A DNA stretch of 39,970 nucleotides. It comes from Hyphomicrobiales bacterium. Its GTDB lineage: Bacteria > Pseudomonadota > Alphaproteobacteria > Rhizobiales > Aestuariivirgaceae. The stretch is from NCBI GenBank assembly GCA_013002595.1, contig JABDJG010000473.1:1-39970 (forward strand). The letters run 5' to 3'. Numbering within the stretch: position 1 is the stretch's first letter; every line of letters begins with the position of its first letter. The notes beneath the pieces are model-generated. The model did no database searches. It was not told where the DNA came from and worked only from the letters and a program-made list of their open reading frames with translations. The position numbers were made by a program, and so were the translations under genes. Of the stretch, positions 8,703-17,417 are shown piece after piece.

Positions 8703-9629
8703 ATGGCGAGTATCAATACGAACTTTGCGGCGATGACCGCGCTTCAGTCGTTGAAGATGACTGATATGAAGCTGCTTGAGACCCAAAACCGGATTTCGAC
8801 GGGTTTCAGGGTCGAAACGGCGAAGGACAACGCGGCGTACTTTTCGATTGCTGCAACGATGCGATCCGACAATGCGGCGCTTTCGACAGTTCAGGACGCA
8901 CTGGGCCTTGGCGCTGCGGCGGTCGATGTCGCCTATACGGCGCTGGAAAGCGCCATAGATGTTGTCGACGAGATCAAGAACAAGCTGGTCGCGGCGCGTG
9001 AGCCGGGTATTGACCGAACGAAAATTCAAGCGGAAATCACCCAGCTGCAAGAACAGCTGATTGCAAACGCGGATACAGCGTCGTTCAACGGTGAAAACTT
9101 CCTGTCGGTTGATTCAGGGTCAGCCGATTACAATGTAATGAAATCAATTGTGTCCTCGTTCACACGAAGCGGCACCACGGTTTCAATCGGCACCATCAAC
9201 ATCGATATCACATCGACTGCGCTATTTGACGCCGAAGCTACTGGAACCGGAATTCTCGATGCCGAGTTTACGACGACCAATGGTGGCGTCGTCTATTCGG
9301 TTACGACCCTCGATATTTCATTGCTGACAGATTCGGCACTCGACCTGGCTGACCTTGAAGAAATGGTCCAGACCGTCGACAACGCGCTGGGCCTGGTTAT
9401 CACGGCGGCCTCCGATCTGGGTGCGGCCAGCAAGCGAATCGAACTCCAGCAGACCTTTGTGTCCAATCTGATGGATGCCGTAGACCGGGGTGTCAGCCAA
9501 CTTGTCGATGCGGACATGAACGAAGAATCGACGCGGCTGTCGGCCTTGCAGGTGCAACAACAGCTCGGCGTGCAATCCTTGAGCATCGCGAACGCGTCCA
9601 GTCAGAATATCCTGTCACTGTTCAGGTAA
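8703..9629 (+). CDS. fla: flagellin (short rhizobial type), copy 2
   Basis: 308 aa, collinear with copy 1 with no indels. The N- and C-terminal thirds are near-identical and most substitutions are central. Confidence 0.95.
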   Translation: MASINTNFAAMTALQSLKMTDMKLLETQNRISTGFRVETAKDNAAYFSIAATMRSDNAALSTVQDALGLGAAAVDVAYTALESAIDVVDEIKNKLVAAREPGIDRTKIQAEITQLQEQLIANADTASFNGENFLSVDSGSADYNVMKSIVSSFTRSGTTVSIGTINIDITSTALFDAEATGTGILDAEFTTTNGGVVYSVTTLDISLLTDSALDLADLEEMVQTVDNALGLVITAASDLGAASKRIELQQTFVSNLMDAVDRGVSQLVDADMNEESTRLSALQVQQQLGVQSLSIANASSQNILSLFR

Positions 9630-9656
9630 CCTGATTGCCGCAAACAACGTTTTGAG

Positions 9657-9697
9657 GGCCGCCTCCAGGCTTTGGAGTGCGGCCTTCGTGCTTTTTT
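9657..9697 (+). terminator. probable terminator after flagellin 2
   Basis: GGCCGCCTCCA-GGCTT-TGGAGTGCGGCC forms a stem with one bulged T. The T6 run follows only after a 7-nt spacer (TTCGTGC), so this is less canonical than the first terminator. Confidence 0.45.
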
Positions 9698-9776
9698 GAC
9701 CTTGGCCGCAATGCTCGGACAAGCTTGTTGGGCGACAATTGCGGCGTTTGTTGGGGATCAATTCTGAGGAAACAGA

Positions 9777-11423
9777 ATGCCAGGGCGTGAGCAGTTCACA
9801 CGAGTTTTGAGTAGTTTGGCAAGTCTTGGGCCCCGCCGCCTAATGTTGCTTTGCATGATCGGCATTACCGTGTTCACCGCAGTCGGTCTGAGTGGAATGT
9901 ATCTCAGTCAGCCGCAGAAAGAAGCGCTCTATGCCGGGTTGGAAACCCAGGATGTGACGCGCATAGGTGCTGCGCTCAATGCGGCGGGCATTGAGTATGA
10001 CATCAGCCCCGACGGCAAGGCCGTGCTGGTCAACGTAGGCCAGACGGCCAGAGCGCGCATGCTTTTGGCAGAAAAGGGCCTGCCGCGAAGTGCCAGCGCC
10101 GGCTATGAGTTGTTTGACGATCTGGGCTCCCTCGGCCTGACCTCTTTCATGCAGGAAATCACCAAGGTGCGGGCGCTGGAAGGCGAGATTGGCCGGACCA
10201 TTCAGTTGATGGAGGGGGTCAAGGCCGCCCGAGTGCATCTGGTGATGCCGGATCCTGGTTCGTTTCGCTCCAACCGGCAGTCGCCATCGGCGTCGGTAGT
10301 CATTCGAACTGCAACCGGAGACACCTTTGGTTCTGCGCGGGCCATTCGCCATCTGGTTGCAGCGGCTATTCCCGGGCTCAGGCTGGATCGTGTGACCGTC
10401 CTGAATACCGAAGGCACTCTATTGGCATCAGGCGATGACGCAATTGCCGGCGCGCCGCGCAAGATGGTCGACCTGGAGGGCACCATCGGCAAGGAAATCC
10501 AGGAGAAGGTCCGCAGAACCCTTGCCCCTTTCCTTGGAGTCGACAACTTTCAGATAAGTGTTTCGGCACAATTGAACGTCGACAAGAAACAGATAAAGGA
10601 AGTGATGTTCGATCCGGATTCGCGGGTCGAGCGGTCGGTGCGGGTGGTCAAGGAGGCTGGGGAGACCAAGAACAAGTCGGGACAGTCCGGCATCAGTGTC
10701 GAACAGGAGTTGCCTGAAACGGATTCCGAATCCAGTGATGGCGGTGAATCAAGTGAAACGCGCGAACGACGCGAGGAATTGACCAACTATGAAGTCAATT
10801 CCAAGACGGTATCGACCGAAACCAACGGTTATGTGGTTGAGAAGCTGGCGATCGCACTGGTGGTCAACAACAAGCGTATCGAAAGCCTCCTCGGCAAGAA
10901 CGCGACGGCAGACCAGGTCAAGGCGCAGATGGAAGAAATTCGTCTGTTAGTCGCATCGGCTGCCGGGTTCAATGAAACACGCGGCGACAGCATGAAGGTC
11001 ACAGCAGTTGACTTCTTTGAGACCAGCTCAATTCTGGCACCGGTGGCTGGCCCCAGTATTGCCAGCCAGTTGCTGAAGCACTCAGGTAGCGCAATCAGTG
11101 CACTGACTGTATTGATCGCGACATTCATGCTGATCTGGTTCGGTCTGCGGCCGGCAACGAAGTTGCTGGTTGAACCGGCCCCGCTTGCAGTTGATCCGGA
11201 TATGGCGGTTCTGGCTGCGCCCGAAGACGGGGCCGCCGAGAATGAAGCCGAACCTGACGCGCCCCAGGACACGAGCCGGGAGGCTTCTGTGCCAAATCCG
11301 CCAGCGGGATTGGCCGCACAAGTCGAAAGCCGCCCGCAACAGCGGCTTCAGCAAATCGTGGAGCTTGATGAGGAGCAAGCTGTCCTGATCATGAAACAAT
11401 GGGCGCAGGCCGAGGCTGTGTAA
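9777..11423 (+). CDS. fliF: flagellar MS-ring protein FliF
   Basis: 548 aa with GAGGAA upstream. N-terminal TM, FliF/YscJ-type periplasmic blocks (RALEGEIGRTIQLMEGVKAARVHLVMPD), a second TM near the C-terminus and an acidic tail. Confidence 0.95.
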   Translation: MPGREQFTRVLSSLASLGPRRLMLLCMIGITVFTAVGLSGMYLSQPQKEALYAGLETQDVTRIGAALNAAGIEYDISPDGKAVLVNVGQTARARMLLAEKGLPRSASAGYELFDDLGSLGLTSFMQEITKVRALEGEIGRTIQLMEGVKAARVHLVMPDPGSFRSNRQSPSASVVIRTATGDTFGSARAIRHLVAAAIPGLRLDRVTVLNTEGTLLASGDDAIAGAPRKMVDLEGTIGKEIQEKVRRTLAPFLGVDNFQISVSAQLNVDKKQIKEVMFDPDSRVERSVRVVKEAGETKNKSGQSGISVEQELPETDSESSDGGESSETRERREELTNYEVNSKTVSTETNGYVVEKLAIALVVNNKRIESLLGKNATADQVKAQMEEIRLLVASAAGFNETRGDSMKVTAVDFFETSSILAPVAGPSIASQLLKHSGSAISALTVLIATFMLIWFGLRPATKLLVEPAPLAVDPDMAVLAAPEDGAAENEAEPDAPQDTSREASVPNPPAGLAAQVESRPQQRLQQIVELDEEQAVLIMKQWAQAEAV

Positions 11424-12043
11424 TGAAGACGGTTCCAGCCATGTTGGGCCTGACTGACTTCTCGGCCGAGGCCGTGGGCTACCCGCCTTTGTCGGAGGCG
11501 ATTGTTCCGCCCGTTCCCGCCCATGAGACCGAGGAGACCGAACAGCAGTTCATCTCCCAGCAGCAGCTCGACCAGGCGGTTGCCCAGGCACGGGCCGAGG
11601 TCGAGGCCCGTTATGAGCAACAGCTTCAAAAACTGCGGGAAGATGGCGAACGACAACTTGAGGAAGAACGGTTGCGGGCGACCGAAAATCAGGCCGACCA
11701 GTTGGCTGGTGCGGTGATTGAGCAGTTCGCCGCGCTTGGCCCGGATTTGGCCGAGCGGTTGTTTGAAAGGTGCCGGCCGGTGCTGGCCAGGCTGGCCCGC
11801 GACCAGGCGGTCGGTGAGCTTAGCGATGTTCTAACAAGCATAGTTCAGGCCAACTGTACTGTCGTAGCGAGCGGGCCGGACGCTCTACTGAAGGCTTTGC
11901 GTGATCGATTGGAAGGTCATCCCCTGGATGTGGTTTGGACCGAAGCGCCAGGTGCTGACATCTCGATAGAAGCTGGCGACACAATCGTTGAGACCCAGTT
12001 GTCCGATTGGTTCTGTGCCGTGGAGGAGACGGCGGATGGCTGA
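11423..12043 (+). CDS. FliH-like flagellar export/assembly protein (tentative)
   Basis: Track ORF 11399-12043 trimmed to ATG 11423 (TAATG overlap with the fliF stop); 206 aa. Glu/Gln/Arg-rich coiled coil (QAVAQARAEVEARYEQQLQKLREDGERQLEEERLRA), then a C-terminal domain ending TVVASGPDALLKALR...DVVWTEAPGADISIEAGDTIVETQLSDW. This resembles the FliH/YscL C-terminus. Confidence 0.5.
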   Translation: MKTVPAMLGLTDFSAEAVGYPPLSEAIVPPVPAHETEETEQQFISQQQLDQAVAQARAEVEARYEQQLQKLREDGERQLEEERLRATENQADQLAGAVIEQFAALGPDLAERLFERCRPVLARLARDQAVGELSDVLTSIVQANCTVVASGPDALLKALRDRLEGHPLDVVWTEAPGADISIEAGDTIVETQLSDWFCAVEETADG

Positions 12044-13484
12044 CAAGGATCAAGCTGAACCGCTGCAACCGATCATCATCGTCAAACGGGGTGGCGGTGG
12101 CCATGATGAGCATCATGGCGGTGTCTGGAAGATCGCCTTTGCCGATTTCATGACAGCAATGATGGCGTTCTTTCTGGTCATGTGGCTGATCAATGCGGCC
12201 AACGAAGAGACGCGCGCGCAGGTCGCCAGTTACTTCAATCCGGTCAAACTGACCGACGCCGTTGCCGTGCCCAAGGGGGTGCGCAGCACTGAGCCGTTCA
12301 CCGAAACCGAAGAGCATGATGAAAAGGAAGGCGAGGGCAGCGGCGGTGCCAAGCCAAAGGGCAATAGTGGCTTTGCAGAAGAAGCCCCCGAGAAATCAGA
12401 GGCAGAAGACGAAGCTGAAGCCAAATCTGAGCGGGCTTTGTTTCAGGATCCCTATGCCGTGCTTGTAGAAATTGCAGGCGAAAAATCGCCCCCCGCCGTG
12501 CCGACAGCCGAAAGCGGGTCGGCGGAGCAGGGCGGCGGCCTGACCGGCGGTGAGGCATATCGTGATCCGTTCGATCCGGCATTTTGGCTGCGCCCGGACG
12601 ATGGAAGCCAAGGGCAGGAAGAAGAAGTCAATCCAAATGCTGCGCAAGATGATCCGGCAATGATTGCTTTGGTGGAGAAACTGCCTGCCGTCGCCAGTGA
12701 GCCGCAGTCCGATCCGCTGGTGGCAAAAGATCCGGCAACGGACATGGCTGGAAAACAGATGGTTGTCCTGGACAAGAAGCCGGCAGACGAAGCGAATGTG
12801 AAGCCAGGGGAAAAGCCGGCGAAGAATGATGCCAAAGAACCGGAGACAATGGCAAAGGCAAATGCCGGGGATGAGACTGCATCCGATCCCATGGTTGTGC
12901 CGCGCAATGGCATGGAGACCGGCGGCAAACCGACCGATGCCAAATTGGGCGACCCCACGCAGGATGGCTCCAAGCAGGACGATCCACCTAAATCGATGAT
13001 GGACAAACCAGCCAAGGCCGAGCTGGCGGCGGCCGAGTTGAAGGCTGAAATCATGGCGGCAACCCAGACGGCAGGATCGAACCGACAGCCTGTTCTCAGC
13101 GTGGATAGAACTCAAGAAGGACTGGTTGTCAGCCTCACCGATAATCTTGATTTTGGCATGTTTGCAAGCGCATCGGCGCGTCCCAATGCTGAAATGGTCA
13201 AGTTCATGGATCGCATCGCCAGTGTGCTTGCCAAGCGTCAAGGGCGGTTGGTGGTGCGCGGCCACACCGACAGCCGTCCGTTCCGGTCGGGCGCCTATGA
13301 TAACTGGCGGTTGTCGACGGCCCGAGCGCATATGGCCTATCATATGCTGGTGCGCGGCGGCGTTGACACCGACAGGTTCGCCCGCATCGAGGGTTATGCT
13401 GACCGTGATCCGCGCAACAAGTCCGATACCGAGGCTGCCGAGAACAGGCGCATTGAGATTCTTCTGGTGGGGGAACAGCCATGA
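12036..13484 (+). CDS. motB: flagellar stator protein MotB with a very long low-complexity periplasmic linker
   Basis: Track ORF trimmed to ATG 12036; 482 aa. MotB N-terminal TM/plug block GGVWKIAFADFMTAMMAFFLVMWLINA and C-terminal OmpA-like block RGHTDSRPFRSGAYDNWRLSTARAHMAYHML...AENRRIEILL. Confidence 0.9.
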   Translation: MADKDQAEPLQPIIIVKRGGGGHDEHHGGVWKIAFADFMTAMMAFFLVMWLINAANEETRAQVASYFNPVKLTDAVAVPKGVRSTEPFTETEEHDEKEGEGSGGAKPKGNSGFAEEAPEKSEAEDEAEAKSERALFQDPYAVLVEIAGEKSPPAVPTAESGSAEQGGGLTGGEAYRDPFDPAFWLRPDDGSQGQEEEVNPNAAQDDPAMIALVEKLPAVASEPQSDPLVAKDPATDMAGKQMVVLDKKPADEANVKPGEKPAKNDAKEPETMAKANAGDETASDPMVVPRNGMETGGKPTDAKLGDPTQDGSKQDDPPKSMMDKPAKAELAAAELKAEIMAATQTAGSNRQPVLSVDRTQEGLVVSLTDNLDFGMFASASARPNAEMVKFMDRIASVLAKRQGRLVVRGHTDSRPFRSGAYDNWRLSTARAHMAYHMLVRGGVDTDRFARIEGYADRDPRNKSDTEAAENRRIEILLVGEQP

Positions 13485-14659
13485 GGCGGGCCCTGCCGAT
13501 TTGTACAGCGATTGCCATGGCTCTGTACGTTGCTCCGGCGCTGGCAAAAGAAGCGATCGCAACGCCGTATGAACTCGTGCGCACCTTGCAACGGGTTCAG
13601 GACCGTATCGCGCTGGGCTCGACACAGGCGCATCATGCGCAGCGCAAACTGCTGCAGTATATTGCTGGCCGGTTCTCGTCCGTCGATCCTGTCGCCTGGC
13701 GCGAACCGCGCAATGTCCGGGCTTTGGCCATCTTCCTGCTGAGCGGCGGCGATCCCAAGGTAGGTCGCCGAATATATGCCGGCGGCATTGCTGAAGAGAG
13801 CGACCGTGAACTGATCAAGGCGACACTTGCTTATGCGGAGGGGCGTAAAGCGGCTGCAACGAAGTTGTTGAGCGTCATTGAACCTAAATCCCTGCCTGCA
13901 TCGCTGGGTGGTCATGTCGCGCTGGTCAAGTCTTCGCTCTATCACAAGACCAGTCCAAAGAAATCCATGGCCTATCTCGATGTGGCGCGGCTGTTGATGC
14001 CGGGCACCCTGATCGAGGAGGCTGCGCTGCGGCGCGGGGTGGTGGCGGCCGGCGATGATGGAAATCTTGAGCGTTTTGAGCGGTTGGCCGCTCAGTATCT
14101 AAACCGCTTCAGCTCATCGGTTTATAGCGCGGACTTTGATGCCAAATTCTCCTTGTATCTGGTCAAGCTGTCGTTTTTGGAAGTCGCCGCTCGGCAATCG
14201 CGTTTTGAGAGTATGGTCGTCGCTCTCGAGCCGGTCCGATTACGCAGGCTCTATTTGTCGCTGGCGCGCAATGCAGTAGTTGCCGGGCAGACCAGCCACG
14301 CCACCTTTGCGGCGAGCCGGGCAAGCAGCATGTCGCCGCCGAAGTCCCTAGCGCTTGAGCGAGCCCGGGCCTATGAAGCCATGGCGATCGTGACCCAGGA
14401 TCCCGATGCAGCAATGAACCGGTTGAAGCGGGTCGATCTGGCAAAGCTTGCAGAGGCGGATCGCCAGATCATCGGCGCGGCGATTGCGGTCTCAGAAACA
14501 CTTACCCGCATGCCGTCGATCGATGAACCTGAAATGGTGCACTCGCCACACGGATCATCTGAGACCATACCAGCTGAAATGCCGGCCGAAGGCGTGGCTG
14601 CCCGGGCGGAAAAACTGATTGAAGTGGTTGACGACATACTCATGGGAAAGATGCAATGA
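13481..14659 (+). CDS. motC: periplasmic motility protein MotC
   Basis: 392 aa, ATGA overlap with motB. Signal peptide MRRALPICTAIAMALYVAPALA. Position between motB and fliK(motD) as in rhizobia. Assignment rests mainly on synteny and overall character. Confidence 0.7.
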   Translation: MRRALPICTAIAMALYVAPALAKEAIATPYELVRTLQRVQDRIALGSTQAHHAQRKLLQYIAGRFSSVDPVAWREPRNVRALAIFLLSGGDPKVGRRIYAGGIAEESDRELIKATLAYAEGRKAAATKLLSVIEPKSLPASLGGHVALVKSSLYHKTSPKKSMAYLDVARLLMPGTLIEEAALRRGVVAAGDDGNLERFERLAAQYLNRFSSSVYSADFDAKFSLYLVKLSFLEVAARQSRFESMVVALEPVRLRRLYLSLARNAVVAGQTSHATFAASRASSMSPPKSLALERARAYEAMAIVTQDPDAAMNRLKRVDLAKLAEADRQIIGAAIAVSETLTRMPSIDEPEMVHSPHGSSETIPAEMPAEGVAARAEKLIEVVDDILMGKMQ

Positions 14660-16014
14660 CACAGCTACCAGCAACATTGCCGCAATCTGGCGGAGCATTG
14701 GCCAAACAGCGTGTGCCCGCGCCTCCTGGCGGGCAGCTAGCGGCCGGGTTGAAAGGCGCGGGTCGCGACAATGCACCCGGTCAGGACGCGTCGCGTGAGG
14801 ACGTTCCGCAGTTCATGGTTCCCGACCGTGCACCAACGCCACTGCCGGAAATGCCGGTTAATGCAGCGAAACCGACTGTGCAAGCAGTCCTGCCGGAGAT
14901 TGAACAGCTGCCGGTTGATGGCCTGGCTGATGGCGAAATGCATGCGGCCGTCCTCACTCTGCCTGAGCCGGCAATCTTGACAGAAGGTGCTGACGAAACA
15001 GATGAGGCAACGGCCAACCCGGATCGCCCTGTTGCCGTTGCTCACAGCACGCAGCCTGCGGACAGGCAGGACCCGCCGATCGGCGGGCAGACGCCGGCCG
15101 GGCGCCTGCGCTCGACAATGGCGTCACTCGTCACCCTGGCGCATCAATCACGCGACGCTCAGGCCACGCCGGTTGCCCATGCGACCGTGGAGCGGGCCGC
15201 CGGTGAGACGCCGGAGAACTCTGGTCGTCTCGATGGGCAGTCGCAGAGATTGGCTGGTGCGGGGCCTGACAGGACGCCGGGTCCATCTATTGGTCCGGCT
15301 CAATTGCAGTCCATGATGAGCGCACGCGTCGATGCCCGCCGACAACCGCAATCCAACCCGCAGGCAGACATCAAAACGGCTGGCGCCAGGGACGTAAAGA
15401 TGGAGTTGACCCAGGCTGGGCGGCCTGAAGTCAAGGTTACCGTTGTGCACCAGGAGACCCACTTCGGGTCGGCTCCACTCCAGGATATGCAACTGGCCGG
15501 GGGGCGGCCAGGGCGATCAGGCATGATTGCGCAGCCGGGTCAACCGGGGCAATCGGCGCCAGCACCTGCCAGCCTTACAACCAGTCAGCCGGGGCCTATG
15601 CGCGTTTTGCATCTTCATCTTGAACCGGCTGAACTGGGCGGTGTCGTGGTGAAGATGAACATGAAGGGTGAGGCGCTGACCGTTCAAATTCAGCCGCAAT
15701 TACCGCAAACCGCATTGATGCTGCGCAGTGACAGCGCGACGCTCAATTCGATCCTTCAGGCAGCCGGTGTCTTGGCCGACAACGCTTCTGTCCAGATCTT
15801 GGAGCCATCCAGCAATTCGCATACGTCGGGCAATGGAATGTTGGCGTCCAATCGAGATGCTGACCAAAGCGGTTCAGCTCAGCGTGGCAATGCGGATGCC
15901 GGTGAGGACCAAAGGACCGGAACGAGCGAGGAGCAGGATGATGGCAGGCAAGGTGTTCAAGACGGGCAGGGCGAGCCTGATTTGTCTGGTGTTCGCAGTG
16001 AGCTTTATCTTTAG
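14656..16014 (+). CDS. fliK: flagellar hook-length control protein FliK (MotD)
   Basis: 452 aa, ATGA overlap. Pro/Ala/Gln-rich N-terminal two thirds. C-terminal Flg_hook-type block LHLHLEPAELGGVVVKMNMKGEALTVQIQPQLPQTALMLRSDSATLNSILQAAGV. Confidence 0.75.
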   Translation: MTQLPATLPQSGGALAKQRVPAPPGGQLAAGLKGAGRDNAPGQDASREDVPQFMVPDRAPTPLPEMPVNAAKPTVQAVLPEIEQLPVDGLADGEMHAAVLTLPEPAILTEGADETDEATANPDRPVAVAHSTQPADRQDPPIGGQTPAGRLRSTMASLVTLAHQSRDAQATPVAHATVERAAGETPENSGRLDGQSQRLAGAGPDRTPGPSIGPAQLQSMMSARVDARRQPQSNPQADIKTAGARDVKMELTQAGRPEVKVTVVHQETHFGSAPLQDMQLAGGRPGRSGMIAQPGQPGQSAPAPASLTTSQPGPMRVLHLHLEPAELGGVVVKMNMKGEALTVQIQPQLPQTALMLRSDSATLNSILQAAGVLADNASVQILEPSSNSHTSGNGMLASNRDADQSGSAQRGNADAGEDQRTGTSEEQDDGRQGVQDGQGEPDLSGVRSELYL

Positions 16015-16531
16015 TTCGCACCCGGGCGCCAGTGCTGGCGAAGGATCGGTTTGCGAACGGCACATGACACGGTACGCAAAACTGTACGACGTACCGCTGG
16101 GCATTTTATATGCTGTCGGGCTGACCGAGACCGGCCGCAAAGGGTCCCTGCATCCATATGCGCTTAATGTCGATGGGCGGTCGATCTATGCGCGCAGTGC
16201 AGCCGATGCGATGCAACAGTTCCGGCGGGCCAAGCGCAATGGCGGGCGACTGATCGATATCGGGTGCATGCAAATCAATCATTACTGGCATCACAAGCAG
16301 TTTGTGTCGCTGAGCGATATGGTTGATCCGGAAAAGAATGTTGCCTATGCCGCCCGGTTTCTCCGGCGCCTCAAGGCGCGTGAGAAGACATGGACCATGG
16401 CTGTGGCCAGATATCATGCAGGGCCAACCAAAAATGCGGCTCAAAAGCGGTATGTCTGCACCGTGATCAGAAACATGGTTGCTACCGGCTTTGCCAGGTG
16501 GACCGGCCCGGCACGGAGCTTCTGCCGTTAA
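15938..16531 (+). CDS. lytic transglycosylase (SLT domain), flagellum-associated
   Basis: Track ORF 15728-16531 trimmed to ATG 15938 (GAGGAGCAGG upstream; ATG 15941 alternative). It overlaps the fliK 3' end. Signal-like ASLICLVFAVSFIFSSHPGASA. SLT motifs LYAVGLTETG (catalytic Glu) and IDIGCMQIN...VARYHAG. Confidence 0.8.
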   Translation: MMAGKVFKTGRASLICLVFAVSFIFSSHPGASAGEGSVCERHMTRYAKLYDVPLGILYAVGLTETGRKGSLHPYALNVDGRSIYARSAADAMQQFRRAKRNGGRLIDIGCMQINHYWHHKQFVSLSDMVDPEKNVAYAARFLRRLKAREKTWTMAVARYHAGPTKNAAQKRYVCTVIRNMVATGFARWTGPARSFCR

Positions 16532-16742
16532 CTTTCTTGCCGGCCAGCTGTCCTGACGGCATCTCCCAAATTGGCTGTATTGCTGGATTTATGGTGATTG
16601 GGCGCGCAAATGTGCGGCCCAAAATGGGTCCGCCTGTTTACCATTTATAAACTATAAGTTGCGATAAAAATTACAACACTACTTATGAGTGAAATTGCGA
16701 CAGAAATAAGTTGACCGTACGGTCATATTTGGGAGATTTCCG

Positions 16743-17417
16743 GTGATAATTCTCGTTGACGAACGTGAAATGGTAACGAGCGCGTATGGGACGGGGTTTG
16801 CCCGTGAGGGCATATCATCGGTTGGATTTGAACCACCTGAATTCGAGGATTGGGTCGAGAGCGCACCTGAGCCTGATCTGATGGCGGTCGAGGCTTTCGT
16901 CATCGGCAACTGCGAGCGTCAGGCGGCCTATCCGAAAATCATCCGCGGCCGTTGTCCGGCGCCGGTTTTGGCGATGAATGAGAACGAGGGCCTTGATCAG
17001 ACCCTGAAATTGTTCGAGGCCGGTGTTGACGATGTCATTCGCAAGCCGGTTCATGTGCGCGAAATTCTCGCCCGCATTGCAGCGATTGTCAGTCGCGGCG
17101 GTCTGGAGGCCGCGCCACATCAGGCCGTCGGTGAACTGACGGTTTACTTCGATGGCCGCGATCCGGAGGTTAGAAATCAGTTGCTGCCGCTGCCGCGGCG
17201 GGAGCGCCGCATTCTTGAGTATCTTGCAAAGAATGTCGGCCGCCGTGTGACCAAGACACAGCTGTTCAACTCGGTTTACGGCATTTTCGATGAGGATGTG
17301 GACGAGAGCGTCATCGAAAGCCACGTCTCGAAACTGCGCAAGAAGCTGCGTGCTCAGCTCGGGCACGATCCAATCGATTCAAAGCGCTATCTGGGATACT
17401 GCCTGGCGGCAACGTAG
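16743..17417 (+). CDS. rem: OmpR-family transcriptional activator of motility, Rem-like
   Basis: 224 aa, GTG start. Receiver-like N-terminal half, then a winged-helix OmpR-type C-terminal half (LPRRERRILEYLAKNVGRRVTKTQLFNSVYG...SVIESHVSKLRKKL). Lies between the fliK/SLT genes and flgE, as rem does in S. meliloti. Confidence 0.75.
   Translation: MIILVDEREMVTSAYGTGFAREGISSVGFEPPEFEDWVESAPEPDLMAVEAFVIGNCERQAAYPKIIRGRCPAPVLAMNENEGLDQTLKLFEAGVDDVIRKPVHVREILARIAAIVSRGGLEAAPHQAVGELTVYFDGRDPEVRNQLLPLPRRERRILEYLAKNVGRRVTKTQLFNSVYGIFDEDVDESVIESHVSKLRKKLRAQLGHDPIDSKRYLGYCLAAT

Noticed and set aside
12396-13625. 409-aa minus-strand ORF antisense to motB/motC
   Set aside because: It lies entirely inside well-supported plus-strand genes. 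The translated sequence is Arg/Cys/His-rich with no recognisable domain. This is a typical shadow ORF of GC-rich DNA.
15728-15937. N-terminal extensions of track ORFs (the SLT ORF here; likewise 1057-1080, 11399-11422, 11988-12035, 17735-17770, 21766-21945, 23123-23140, 26978-27082)
   Set aside because: The extensions overlap the preceding gene or lack family-like sequence. In each case an internal ATG/GTG with a Shine-Dalgarno sequence, or a start-stop overlap, matches the expected family N-terminus.
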